From assembly GCA_049671165.1 (NCBI GenBank), contig JBATUN010000021.1:35623-99622 (forward strand): a stretch of 64,000 nt of DNA. Direction: 5' to 3'. Source of the DNA: Dehalococcoidia bacterium (GTDB lineage: Bacteria > Chloroflexota > Dehalococcoidia > GIF9 > AB-539-J10). Position 1 is the stretch's first letter. Each line of letters opens with the position of its first letter. The position numbers were made by a program, and so were the translations under genes. Below the pieces are notes generated by a model. The model was not told the DNA's origin. It did not search any database and saw only the letters and a list, made by a program, of their open reading frames with translations. Positions 50,558 to 59,873 of this stretch are shown here, one piece after another.

Positions 50558-51336
50558 AAATCTTCACCTATGCCCTCGATGAAGATTACAGGTTCCCGAT
50601 CCTGGAGATTTTTGCTTTCCTTTTCGCACTGGGGACATTTGTCTTCGCGGATTTTGCGTTGTTATACGGCCAGACTGGAGAAGCCCTCGCGTACAGCTTG
50701 GTTAGCACTTTATGTGGATTTCCGCTTTTGTTCATCTTTGTGGTCTTAATTCTAAAGAACGTGGCCTACGGTCTGGGTGGCGATTTGGACAAAGGTGTGA
50801 TGCAAACCCTGTTCTCATATCCTTTGAAGAGGCGATACATTCTCACGGCAAAACTTCTCTCAGGTTTAGGCATAGCGTTGCTCTTATTCTTGGGAATCCA
50901 GATTTTTGGTCTCTTTCTGTTAGCCCCGAATGTCATTCTCACCTATCCCGGCACGGTTTTCTTGACCTATGCTGCTAATCTCTGTAGCCCGGCACTTTTG
51001 CTGGCTGGTCTCGTGCTGCTTTTGACTTTACGACTGAAACGAGGGGGACTCGCTGTCGTCATCGGATTCGTTCTTTTCCTTGCGGGGTTGGTAGTCTCTG
51101 GATTGGTGACCTCCATCGCTTACGGAACAGGCTCCGATGTGGCCCTAAAAATCTGGGCTGTAATCAACCCTAACTCAGCTCTCCAGTATTATCATATGGG
51201 CGCAGTAGGTTTTCCCTCTGAAACTTGGGTTCCGAGCTTTTCCGAGGTCCTCATTTACTTGGGGGCAGGATACCTGATCGTGGCTGCGATTTTCACCGCT
51301 GGATACATCTACTTCGAGAGGAGATTGGAAATATGA
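50533..51336 (+). CDS. ABC-2-type transporter permease
   Basis: Six hydrophobic segments; overlaps the ATPase stop. Confidence 0.6.
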   Translation: MGKGRPFLEIFTYALDEDYRFPILEIFAFLFALGTFVFADFALLYGQTGEALAYSLVSTLCGFPLLFIFVVLILKNVAYGLGGDLDKGVMQTLFSYPLKRRYILTAKLLSGLGIALLLFLGIQIFGLFLLAPNVILTYPGTVFLTYAANLCSPALLLAGLVLLLTLRLKRGGLAVVIGFVLFLAGLVVSGLVTSIAYGTGSDVALKIWAVINPNSALQYYHMGAVGFPSETWVPSFSEVLIYLGAGYLIVAAIFTAGYIYFERRLEI

Positions 51337-52019
51337 GGTGGATAACTCTGCTGGGGAGAATAGGCACCGTAATTTTAGCGATAGGCTTAGCTCTCCTCAT
51401 CGCCTGGCTCATCCCCTCAGGTAGCGGATCTTGGTCTGGGTGGAGTCAGCCTATCGAGCCTGAACAATATATAATTGAGAGGTTAGGGGTTTATTCGCCT
51501 CAAACTGGATTTCAAATCTCCGTGGAGTCTACCGATAACATCCGCGTTTATCTCCTCGGAGTAAACTCAGTTGAACTCGATAACTGGAGAACATCGGTTA
51601 GGGAGGCATATCCTGATTTAGATGATATGTGGATTAGAATCTTTACCGTGCCGCTGATTTTTGTTAGGGAAGCATATCCCGATTTAGATGATCCTCAAAT
51701 CGAGGATATCATGGATATCGTGTGGAACGTATCCGTCTTAGACAAGGGTCTGCAAACACACCCTGAGATTATCTTGTGGGACCCGCCTCCGAGCAGCTCG
51801 TTTTCCCACGAGTTGTTTCCAGCGGATACCCTTGACATCATGGCCGTAGTTGCCAATCCATCCTCTAATACGGTGGAAGTCGAAACGAGGATAACGGATT
51901 TAACAGCGCTCGCACCAAAAGAGAGGGTTATCCTCCCAGCCATATTGCTCATTTCAATAGGCATTGCGTTAGCCATTCCATGGTTAATCTCGAGAAAAGT
52001 AAAAAAGAGCACCTTCTGA
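51333..52019 (+). CDS. hypothetical exported/membrane-anchored protein; start reassigned to ATG 51333 (ATGA overlap with the permease stop)
   Basis: MRWITLLGRIGTVILAIGLALLIAWL signal/TM; C-terminal TM; internal REAYPDLDD duplication. Confidence 0.5.
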   Translation: MRWITLLGRIGTVILAIGLALLIAWLIPSGSGSWSGWSQPIEPEQYIIERLGVYSPQTGFQISVESTDNIRVYLLGVNSVELDNWRTSVREAYPDLDDMWIRIFTVPLIFVREAYPDLDDPQIEDIMDIVWNVSVLDKGLQTHPEIILWDPPPSSSFSHELFPADTLDIMAVVANPSSNTVEVETRITDLTALAPKERVILPAILLISIGIALAIPWLISRKVKKSTF

Positions 52020-52074
52020 TAGAGGGCAACTTTCGTCTTGGGTACCGTAAAGACATTAGGTTTGCGACGCCCCA

Positions 52075-52182
52075 TTTACCGCCAAACTGCTACCTATGGA
52101 CACTTTGGGAGGGAAGACCTCGACCTTCCCTGGGAGAGAACGGATAAGGCCGAAATCCTAAGAAAAGAAGCAGGCTTGTAGA
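52075..52182 (+). pseudogene. duplicated metK 3' end (~36 codons, ...[35 protein letters not shown])
   Basis: ~93% nt identity to 49231-49340. Confidence 0.75.
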
Positions 52183-52261
52183 AGTCCCAACCATCCTCAC
52201 CAGCCGTGTTGAAGTTACCAGTAGGGGGGCAAGGAGATTTGGGTAATGATAATCCAGCTTC

Positions 52262-53458
52262 TCAAACCTGGTGTGTTCTACCACAATGTGGGCACTTGAT
52301 TTGTGGGTCTTTGAAGCGAGGTGGCACCCGTAACTTGGCACCGCAGTCACATGTGATGGTGTTGTAGTTGCTCAGCCGCCACATTACATCTGAGGTCTCG
52401 CGAGCCTGCTGTACCTCATTTAGTTCACCTGCTTCACCCTCCAGTCTTGTTGTTGCTATCGGGACTGTTGCGGCGGCAAGACTGGCGGCGGGTATAACCC
52501 CTTTACCTCCATGGACCTGGCGGTAAACCTGGTCATAATCGTTAAAGGAAGCACCGGCCATGGCACGCAGGATGCGTATCCTCTCTGATATAGGGGGGTG
52601 GGTGCCGGTGAGATCGCTGGCTTTCAAGCCTTTCTTGCGGAAAGGATTGACGATATACATAGGGGCTGTGGCCTTATTGGCTGATTTCAATTGCCCCGTT
52701 GAGGCACCCAGCTTTTCCAGGGCTGAGGCCAGTCCTTCAGGGTATCTGGTGTAGAGGGCCGCCGAGGCATCTGCCAGGTATTCTCTCTTCCGAGAGATGG
52801 CGAAGTAGATAAGCTGCGCAAAAATCGGCGCCAGTATCATAAATACAAGTCCCACGATCAGAATTATTAACTGAGCTCCCCCACCGCCTCCTGATGATGA
52901 GCTTCTTCTTGACCCGGCGCCGCCAAAAATCAGGAAGCGCGATCCGTACCAGGCCAGGATGACGATGGTGCCGAGCAGGACACCGCACATCGCCATGAGC
53001 AGTACATCCTGGTTCTTGATATGGGATATCTCGTGGCCAATGACCCCCTGCAATTCGTCGCGGTTCAGTTTTTGTAGCAGTCCCGAGGTGATAGCTACGG
53101 ATGCCTTATTGGGGTTACGACCGGTGGCGAAGGCATTCAGTGCTGGGTCGTCAATGATGTATATGTCAGGCATCTTCTCCAGGCCGGAGGCAATCTTCAT
53201 CTCCTCAACCACATTGTACAGACGGGGGTGGTCATCACGACTAATTTTCTTCGCCCTCGACATGCCGAGCAGTATACTATCACCCTGGAAATAGGCAGCC
53301 AGACTCAAGATCACCCATAATAATATGGCGATGACCAAGCCCGTGATAGCGCTATCGAAGTACAGGCCCAGGAAATAGCCGATGAGGATCAGCAGTGCTC
53401 CCATGCCTATTGTCAGCACTACCGACCTTATCTGGTTAGACCTAATCTGTTCCCACAC
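52262..53458 (-). CDS. htpX: M48-family zinc metalloprotease HtpX homolog with C-terminal zinc ribbon
   Basis: HEISH (HExxH), multi-TM, C-terminal CDCG...CPHCG. Confidence 0.85.
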   Translation of the reverse strand: MWEQIRSNQIRSVVLTIGMGALLILIGYFLGLYFDSAITGLVIAILLWVILSLAAYFQGDSILLGMSRAKKISRDDHPRLYNVVEEMKIASGLEKMPDIYIIDDPALNAFATGRNPNKASVAITSGLLQKLNRDELQGVIGHEISHIKNQDVLLMAMCGVLLGTIVILAWYGSRFLIFGGAGSRRSSSSGGGGGAQLIILIVGLVFMILAPIFAQLIYFAISRKREYLADASAALYTRYPEGLASALEKLGASTGQLKSANKATAPMYIVNPFRKKGLKASDLTGTHPPISERIRILRAMAGASFNDYDQVYRQVHGGKGVIPAASLAAATVPIATTRLEGEAGELNEVQQARETSDVMWRLSNYNTITCDCGAKLRVPPRFKDPQIKCPHCGRTHQV

Positions 53459-53473
53459 AGTTGAGCTATCCGC

Positions 53474-54040
53474 TTACTGAGTGAAACTCACCTTGGGCGC
53501 TTCTCTTTCGGCGGCTAGAGTAACCTCGAAGAATTCGCCAGCCTTAAACCTGAACATGCTGGCTACAATGTTGGATGGAAACATGTGCGTCTTGTTGTTG
53601 AACTTCAGAACTGAATCATTGTAGAACTGGCGGGAAAAGCTTATCTTGTTCTCGGTTGAGGTAAGCTCCTCCTGAAGTGCCAGAAAGTTCTGATTGGCTT
53701 TCAGATCGGGGTAGCGTTCCACTACAACCAGCAAACGGGATAGGGCTGAACTCAGCTCACCTTCGGCCTTGGCTCGCTCGCCGGCTCCAGCAGATGACGC
53801 TTGCTGGGCAATATTGCGGGCTTTGGTCACCGCTTCCAGGGTTTCCCGCTCGTGTTTCATATACCCCTTGACGGTTTCCATCAGGTTGGGAATCAGGTCA
53901 TAGCGTCGTTTCAGCTGGACGTCAATCTGCGCCCAGGCGTTCTTGACTTGATTACGAAACCTGACCAGGCCGTTGTAGTTAGCCCATAAGAATATCCCAA
54001 CAACCACGACAATGACACCGATAATAATACCTGGAATCAT
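53474..54040 (-). CDS. lemA: LemA-family protein
   Basis: N-terminal TM followed by WAQIDVQLKRRYDLIPNL. Confidence 0.85.
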   Translation of the reverse strand: MIPGIIIGVIVVVVGIFLWANYNGLVRFRNQVKNAWAQIDVQLKRRYDLIPNLMETVKGYMKHERETLEAVTKARNIAQQASSAGAGERAKAEGELSSALSRLLVVVERYPDLKANQNFLALQEELTSTENKISFSRQFYNDSVLKFNNKTHMFPSNIVASMFRFKAGEFFEVTLAAEREAPKVSFTQ

Positions 54041-54077
54041 ACTAAACCTCCTTTAACTATTATTCTCCGAGTATCGC

Positions 54078-54515
54078 TTAATCGCCATTGCTATTCTGTC
54101 CTGAGGCTCCGAATACTTCTTCTAAGAAACCGACGACCTGTCCCCTGGAATCATGTTTTGGCGGATGTTCCCCATCCAGACGTCGTATCAGTTGACCGAC
54201 CTCACCCCCGTCAAACCACAATCCATGTTTATCACGGCATATGTCGATGAGGGTTTCAGGCTGTCCGCCTATCGCTGTTTTTTTCATTTTATGGCCACAG
54301 ATGGGGCAATTCCGTTTCTTTTCTGATGAAGGGGCTTCCTGAGAGTTGAAGATGCCATCAAAGAACGCCTTTGGCTCTTCAAGACCCTGCGACTTAAGCA
54401 AAAGCCCAAGCTCTCCAGAGTCAAACCACACCCCCTTGCAGCTATTACAATAATCAAGCTCAATATTGTGATACTCAACGACCAGCATATCGTATTTACA
54501 AACAGGGCATATCAT
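54078..54515 (-). CDS. tandem zinc-ribbon (zf-TFIIB-like, PF13453-type) protein
   Basis: Two CPxC...GVWFD.GEL units. Confidence 0.6.
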   Translation of the reverse strand: MICPVCKYDMLVVEYHNIELDYCNSCKGVWFDSGELGLLLKSQGLEEPKAFFDGIFNSQEAPSSEKKRNCPICGHKMKKTAIGGQPETLIDICRDKHGLWFDGGEVGQLIRRLDGEHPPKHDSRGQVVGFLEEVFGASGQNSNGD

Positions 54516-54629
54516 CGCTTTCAGACCTCATCTCAGGCAGTCTCAATAGTGTAGATATCTTCGGAAGTCATGTCAAGGTTGTTGTTGTATGAGCTTGGAA
54601 TAATACCGGTGAGGTAAATGCATTGAGAA

Positions 54630-55388
54630 TTAGGTCTTAGCCCTTCGGCGTCTTCTGAGCCAGATTACCAAAGGTGGCACCCAGGCCCAGCAGAAAATGC
54701 CAAGCCAGATGAGCACGGTGGCCAACCCTCTGCCAAATGTTGTCAGTCCACGCACTGCCGATTGCAAAGCAGCGGAGGCGCTCCAGGGTTCAGCCAATCC
54801 CTGTGTTTCCTGCAAGTTTACTTCAATAAGTGATGTCTCTGAGGTTTGCTCCAAATACTTTATGTGGCCTTCAATTTGCTCAATTTGCCCTCTCACACTG
54901 GAAAGCTCTTTCTGCACCTTCAACATGTCCTCTACCGTCTCTGCCTTCTCCAGCAAGGCCAGATACTGGGCTTCGGTCGCCAGAAGGTTGCTTAGCTGAG
55001 CTTCCAGGTCAACATATTCCTCAGTTACATCCTCTGCCGTGGTAGTCTCGTAGGGCACGGCTACAGCCAACTGGCGCAGTCTGACAAAAGCCTCTTCAAA
55101 TTTTTCAACAGGAATGCGAATGGTAATGTGACCGGAGACCCCCCGTTCATATTCATGCTTATATGAGGAAACTACATAGCCGTTGAGCTCGTCAGCCATT
55201 TCAGCAACTTCATCCATAGTCTCCGCTATATCTTCCACCTCCAAAGTTATGGAGCCTTCCTTTACGATTTTGCGGTCTTCCGTTGAGTCTCCAGGAATCT
55301 CCCCTTCACCTTGCCCTCCTTCACTACGTTCAGATTCTTCCTGTGGCGGTGCTACTGAGGGCGAAGCACCGCAGCCGCTTATTAGCAC
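54630..55388 (-). CDS. DUF4349-domain protein (C-terminal TM)
   Basis: Coiled-coil middle region and hydrophobic C-terminus. Confidence 0.6.
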   Translation of the reverse strand: MLISGCGASPSVAPPQEESERSEGGQGEGEIPGDSTEDRKIVKEGSITLEVEDIAETMDEVAEMADELNGYVVSSYKHEYERGVSGHITIRIPVEKFEEAFVRLRQLAVAVPYETTTAEDVTEEYVDLEAQLSNLLATEAQYLALLEKAETVEDMLKVQKELSSVRGQIEQIEGHIKYLEQTSETSLIEVNLQETQGLAEPWSASAALQSAVRGLTTFGRGLATVLIWLGIFCWAWVPPLVIWLRRRRRAKT

Positions 55389-55586
55389 TAACCCCAGAAT
55401 TAACAGTATTGGAATTGAAACTCTGAGTAGCTTACTAATTTTTGCCCCCTTCTATTACTGTAAATGCAGAAGGCCCCGAAAGGTTGCATTATCTAACCCA
55501 AAAAGTCTTTCGACCTTTATTCCAGCAACCCCCCAAAAGCAACTCAGCAATATTATAACATGGTAAGCTGGAATCTTGAGGGAGGT

Positions 55587-56378
55587 TTAAACAACCTCTA
55601 TCTCTATGTCGTCCGCGCTCTTCGCCGGTTTCTTCAAATCAACCAGGGCTATGGTGCGCTCCGAAATGTAATGGCGATAAGCTGAAGAGGTGAATATGGT
55701 GAGGCACCTTTTGCCATACATGGTGGGGGGAGCATCCGGCTGGTGAGACCTTATCAAGACATTCTTGCCCAGGCGGGACATGATTTCGTTGAACCAGCCT
55801 CGCCCGAATTGAGGTCTCCCGGTGTAGGGATCGATTCCCAGAGACTTTCCCACCCTTTCCTGCCAGTCTCCCCAGGTTATCTGATGCCATTCGGCACTAC
55901 CTGGCTTTATCCGGGCTATATCTTCCAAACGCGACACACCGGGAAGTGCTCCATGCAGAGCAATGATTCCATTTGGCGTAGACACTGCAAGCGGCAGCTT
56001 GGAAAGGACCTCACCATATCGCTGGCGAAGCTCGGTATCCAGTGCCTCCCAGAAGTCGGCGGGGTGGAAGCTACCCATGGCATAGCCCTCGTGATTTCCC
56101 ATAAGCAGGTGAAGGGAATCGGGGTGCTCAGATTTCTGTTCAAGCAAGAAGTTGATGTTCTCTAGGGAAGCTGGTCCCCGGTCAACATAGTCTCCCAAAA
56201 AAACCAGCTTGTTCTCCGGCTTGAGATACCTGCGGATAATTTTCTGCGTGGCTTCGAGGTCACCATGGGTATCGCCAACGAAAATAACCCTGCCGGATTC
56301 CAGCTGTATCAACTTTGGTTCCGAGGCAAACTTCTTCTCTGCCCAGTTGAGCAACTCTTTTATTTTCTCTCTGGTCAT
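55587..56378 (-). CDS. PPP-family metallophosphoesterase (Ser/Thr phosphatase-like)
   Basis: GDTHGD, GDYVDRG, GNHE motifs. Confidence 0.8.
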   Translation of the reverse strand: MTREKIKELLNWAEKKFASEPKLIQLESGRVIFVGDTHGDLEATQKIIRRYLKPENKLVFLGDYVDRGPASLENINFLLEQKSEHPDSLHLLMGNHEGYAMGSFHPADFWEALDTELRQRYGEVLSKLPLAVSTPNGIIALHGALPGVSRLEDIARIKPGSAEWHQITWGDWQERVGKSLGIDPYTGRPQFGRGWFNEIMSRLGKNVLIRSHQPDAPPTMYGKRCLTIFTSSAYRHYISERTIALVDLKKPAKSADDIEIEVV

Positions 56379-56512
56379 ACTACAAAGCCTGCCGGTTCGA
56401 AGAAGTATACACTTTCATCAGCATAGATGTTTTTCGTGGTAAAAAGCAACACTTGCTCTGGAAAGCCTCCCCATAATTGTTTTTGCTTGAATGCTTTTGA
56501 TATGATGCGAGT

Positions 56513-57547
56513 ATGAAAGCAGGCCTGGTTTATGACCCAATCTATCTGGAACATGATACCGGCGACCACGTAGAGAATTCTCGCAGGCTGGTAGATGCGA
56601 TGTCCTATTTGAAAGAGACGGGAATTAAGGAGAAACTCATCTCTCTGCCTGCGCGCCCCGCCTTGCTAGAAGAACTGGAGATGATACATGCGCCGGAGTA
56701 TATCTCCCATGTTAACAGTAAAGCAGAAAACGGTGGTGGTTGGCTGGACCCTGATACAGTAATGTCTCCGAAATCCTACGAAGCAGCCCTATATGCTACC
56801 GGTGGACTCCTGGTGGCTGTAGAAGGGGTGATGAAGAAAGAAGTGGATAACGCCTTTGCTGTAGTCAGACCACCAGGGCATCACGCTGTTCAAAGTCGAG
56901 CAATGGGCTTTTGTATTTTCAATAATGTGGCCATCGCCGCTAAATTTGCGCTAAGCAAGTTCAGTCTCAAGCGCATTCTTATCGCTGATTTCGATGTCCA
57001 TCATGGCAATGGGACACAGGATGCCTTTTATGCTGACCCAAAAGTCCTTTACTTCTCCACCCACCAGTATCCCTTCTATCCCGGGACAGGGTGGATGGAT
57101 GAGACTGGAACAGGCGAAGGAGAAGGCACTACGGTGAATTTTCCTATGGCTGCCGGCTGGGGTGATGAGGAATACTTGCGAGCTTTCAATGAGGTCCTGG
57201 TTCCGATCGCCCGGAGATTTCAACCGCGGCTCATTCTGGTTTCTGCTGGCTTCGATGCTCACTGGGCTGATCAACTAGCTATGATGAGGGTAACTGTCAA
57301 GGGTTTTGCTCAAATGGCGCTGATATTGAAGGAACTGGCTGCCGAACTATGCCAGGGACGTCTCGTTTTCACTTTGGAAGGTGGCTATAACCTTCGCGTG
57401 GTTGCTTCTTCCACAAAGGCTGTCTTTGATGTGCTTCTAGGTACTAGGGAGATAGAAGACCCTTTGGGAAAAGCATCAATGGCAAGAAAGCCCGAGGGAT
57501 TTGACGAGCATATCGAGGCAATAAAAAGAATACACCATGTTGGCTGA
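56513..57547 (+). CDS. histone deacetylase / acetoin utilisation (AcuC) family amidohydrolase
   Basis: Conserved HDAC blocks (VRPPGHHA, DFDVHHGNG). Confidence 0.85.
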   Translation: MKAGLVYDPIYLEHDTGDHVENSRRLVDAMSYLKETGIKEKLISLPARPALLEELEMIHAPEYISHVNSKAENGGGWLDPDTVMSPKSYEAALYATGGLLVAVEGVMKKEVDNAFAVVRPPGHHAVQSRAMGFCIFNNVAIAAKFALSKFSLKRILIADFDVHHGNGTQDAFYADPKVLYFSTHQYPFYPGTGWMDETGTGEGEGTTVNFPMAAGWGDEEYLRAFNEVLVPIARRFQPRLILVSAGFDAHWADQLAMMRVTVKGFAQMALILKELAAELCQGRLVFTLEGGYNLRVVASSTKAVFDVLLGTREIEDPLGKASMARKPEGFDEHIEAIKRIHHVG

Positions 57548-57567
57548 AGACAGCTCTCGGCTTATGG

Positions 57568-58500
57568 CTATTGCGCTGCTTTCTTAGCCCAGGGCAGCAG
57601 CGCACTCCAGTCCCCTTTTTCCCATACCACGAGGAGCGGGCCGGCGATGCACACCGAGCTGTAGGTGCCGATGATAACGCCGAGGAGCAAGACCAGGACG
57701 AAATAGTGTATGGTGGCTCCGCCAAAAAGGAACAAGGCTAGGAGCACAAAAAGGGTGGTCAGGGCAGTATTCAGACACCTCGCCAGAGTGTCTATGAGGC
57801 TATCGTTTACCGTCTCGCCGAAATCAGGTCTAACGTGCCTTGATACATTCTCCCGAATGCGGTCGAAGACAACCACGATATTATTGACGCTGTAACCTAC
57901 AATTGTAAGCAGTCCGGTGATAAACAGGGCATCAATCTCCACCCCAGCAAGCCAACCCAGGAAGGAGAAAATGCCTACTATTATGAACACATTGTGGATA
58001 AGGGCGATGACGGCACAACTGCCCCAACGAAAAGGCTTGGGCATGCGGCGAAACGCCCAGACAATGTAGAACAGCATCGCTATAGATGCTACAATTATGG
58101 CAATGAGAGCACTGCGTGCTGTTGCTGCTCCTACTGTTGCGGAAGCCAGGTAATAATCAGTTACTTCAACCTGAGAATTCAATTCTGCGCCGAGTTCCTG
58201 CGCCAGCGCCGTTGCCTCATCTGAGGTTATGTCCCTGGTATGGATGATGAAATTTCCCTCGCCGGCATTCTGAATAGTTGCCTCGTCGTATCCCAGCCTA
58301 GATATCTGCTCCCGCAGCTGGCCTTGCTCCACCGCTGGGCTGAATTGAAGAGTCATGGATGTGCCACCGGCAAAATCGGGCCCCAATCGCAGAGGAGTTC
58401 CAAGCTGTATCTGAGAGATGACTAGAGAAGCTATTCCAACAATTACAAGTATCCAGGAAATCAAGAAAAACCACCGCTTCTTGCCAACGAAATCTATCAT
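57568..58500 (-). CDS. secF: protein translocase subunit SecF; start reassigned to MIDFVGKK (ATGA overlap with the secD stop), so the 69-aa N-terminal extension in the ORF track is not used
   Basis: SecF TM pattern, LLLGVIIGTYSSVCIAGPLL. Confidence 0.85.
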   Translation of the reverse strand: MIDFVGKKRWFFLISWILVIVGIASLVISQIQLGTPLRLGPDFAGGTSMTLQFSPAVEQGQLREQISRLGYDEATIQNAGEGNFIIHTRDITSDEATALAQELGAELNSQVEVTDYYLASATVGAATARSALIAIIVASIAMLFYIVWAFRRMPKPFRWGSCAVIALIHNVFIIVGIFSFLGWLAGVEIDALFITGLLTIVGYSVNNIVVVFDRIRENVSRHVRPDFGETVNDSLIDTLARCLNTALTTLFVLLALFLFGGATIHYFVLVLLLGVIIGTYSSVCIAGPLLVVWEKGDWSALLPWAKKAAQ

Positions 58501-59873
58501 TTCGCATTCCTCGCTGTCTGAACTGATGTTACTCCGTAAGCTGCTGGGTTTGTGACTACCTGGCTGCCTATAATCAGGCGGAGGAAGGTTCTGGTAACGG
58601 TGATGGCGGTGAACATGGATAACGCCACACCAATAAACAAAATCAGCGCGAAGCCTCGGACCATAAAAGCACCCAGCGTACCGCCGAGCCAGAACAGAAC
58701 GATGCAAGCGATGAAAGTCGTGATGTTGCTATCCCTGATAGCTGTCCACGCGCGGTTGAATCCAGCCTCAACAGCAGCCGCTAAGGTGCGTCCCCCTCGC
58801 AATTCCTCCTTCATGCGCTCAAAGATAAGGACGTTGGCATCTACAGCCATGCCTAGAGAGACAATAAAACCAGCGAGGCCAGGCAAAGTGAGGGTTATGG
58901 GGACAATCTTGAAAATGGCTAGAAGCACGACTCCATAAACCCCTAAACTAAGGCAAGCCACTAAGCCGGGCAGCCGATAATAGACAAGCATAAATATTAG
59001 CAATAGCACTATCCCAATCCCTGCTGCCGTTACGCTCTTCCTGATAGAATCGGCACCTAACGTAGCATCTACAGTTCGTTCGTACAGTGGAATGCTAGGT
59101 TCAAATTCTCCGTTCTGCCACCTCCCTAATGGGACGTCAATACGCCCGGCATTGAGCAAGTCTTTCAGTACGGTGGCATCAGCAAGGCTCAGCCCTTCAA
59201 TCTGTCCCCTGTCTTCTATCACCGCCTGGACTACGGGGGCGATAATGTGTCCATCTTCCCCTCGAAGTGGCTCATCGCCAAGGTAAATAGCCAATTGTTT
59301 GTTAAGAAGGCGGGTTGTGATTTGTTCGGAAAGTTGGGCTCCTATTTCGTCCCATTCGAACACCAAAAAAGGTTTGCCATATTGGTCGACGGAAATGTCG
59401 GTGTTCTGTTTGAAATATCTGCTGGTGAGGGTCAGTGTCTCGTTATTGACTGTTCCGGTAGCAGGAGTCCAATTTCCTGCAGCATCCTGCTCCCGGAATT
59501 CGAGTATGGTGAAGAGTCCGACCGTCTCCTTGGCTTTCTCAATGTCAGCGATGCCAGGCAGTTGGATGACAATGTTGTATTCCCCTTCGTGTTTCTGTAT
59601 TTCGACGACTGGCTCAGTTATGCCCAGAGCATTGATACGCCTTTCTATGACCCCCTTCACACCTTCCATAACGTCATCGGCCGTGCCGGGCTCGATATTG
59701 CCGAGATCAGCCTGATAGACCAGGTAGCTACCACCGGCTAGGTCAAGCCCCAGCCTCAGTCCTTCTCTGCCTAAGACATTCCTATCCAACGGGACTGCGG
59801 ACCACAAAGCGAAGCCGGACAAAACCAGGATGAAAATCAGTAGATAAACCGTTCCTCTTCTCAATTTAGTCAA
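58497..59873 (-). CDS. secD: protein translocase subunit SecD
   Basis: Periplasmic domain plus C-terminal 6-TM SecD_SecF domain. Confidence 0.9.
   Translation of the reverse strand: MTKLRRGTVYLLIFILVLSGFALWSAVPLDRNVLGREGLRLGLDLAGGSYLVYQADLGNIEPGTADDVMEGVKGVIERRINALGITEPVVEIQKHEGEYNIVIQLPGIADIEKAKETVGLFTILEFREQDAAGNWTPATGTVNNETLTLTSRYFKQNTDISVDQYGKPFLVFEWDEIGAQLSEQITTRLLNKQLAIYLGDEPLRGEDGHIIAPVVQAVIEDRGQIEGLSLADATVLKDLLNAGRIDVPLGRWQNGEFEPSIPLYERTVDATLGADSIRKSVTAAGIGIVLLLIFMLVYYRLPGLVACLSLGVYGVVLLAIFKIVPITLTLPGLAGFIVSLGMAVDANVLIFERMKEELRGGRTLAAAVEAGFNRAWTAIRDSNITTFIACIVLFWLGGTLGAFMVRGFALILFIGVALSMFTAITVTRTFLRLIIGSQVVTNPAAYGVTSVQTARNAK

Noticed and set aside
51225-51332. Upstream part of the 264-aa ORF overlapping the ABC-2 permease by 110 bp
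   Set aside because: An in-frame ATG at 51333 overlaps the permease stop and is followed by a signal/TM sequence. The shorter gene was preferred.
57568-58707. The 379-aa secF ORF has a 69-aa His/Arg-rich N-terminal extension
   Set aside because: The extension overlaps the secD 3' end in another frame. The canonical SecF start MIDFVGKK gives an ATGA overlap with the secD stop, so the start was called at 58500.
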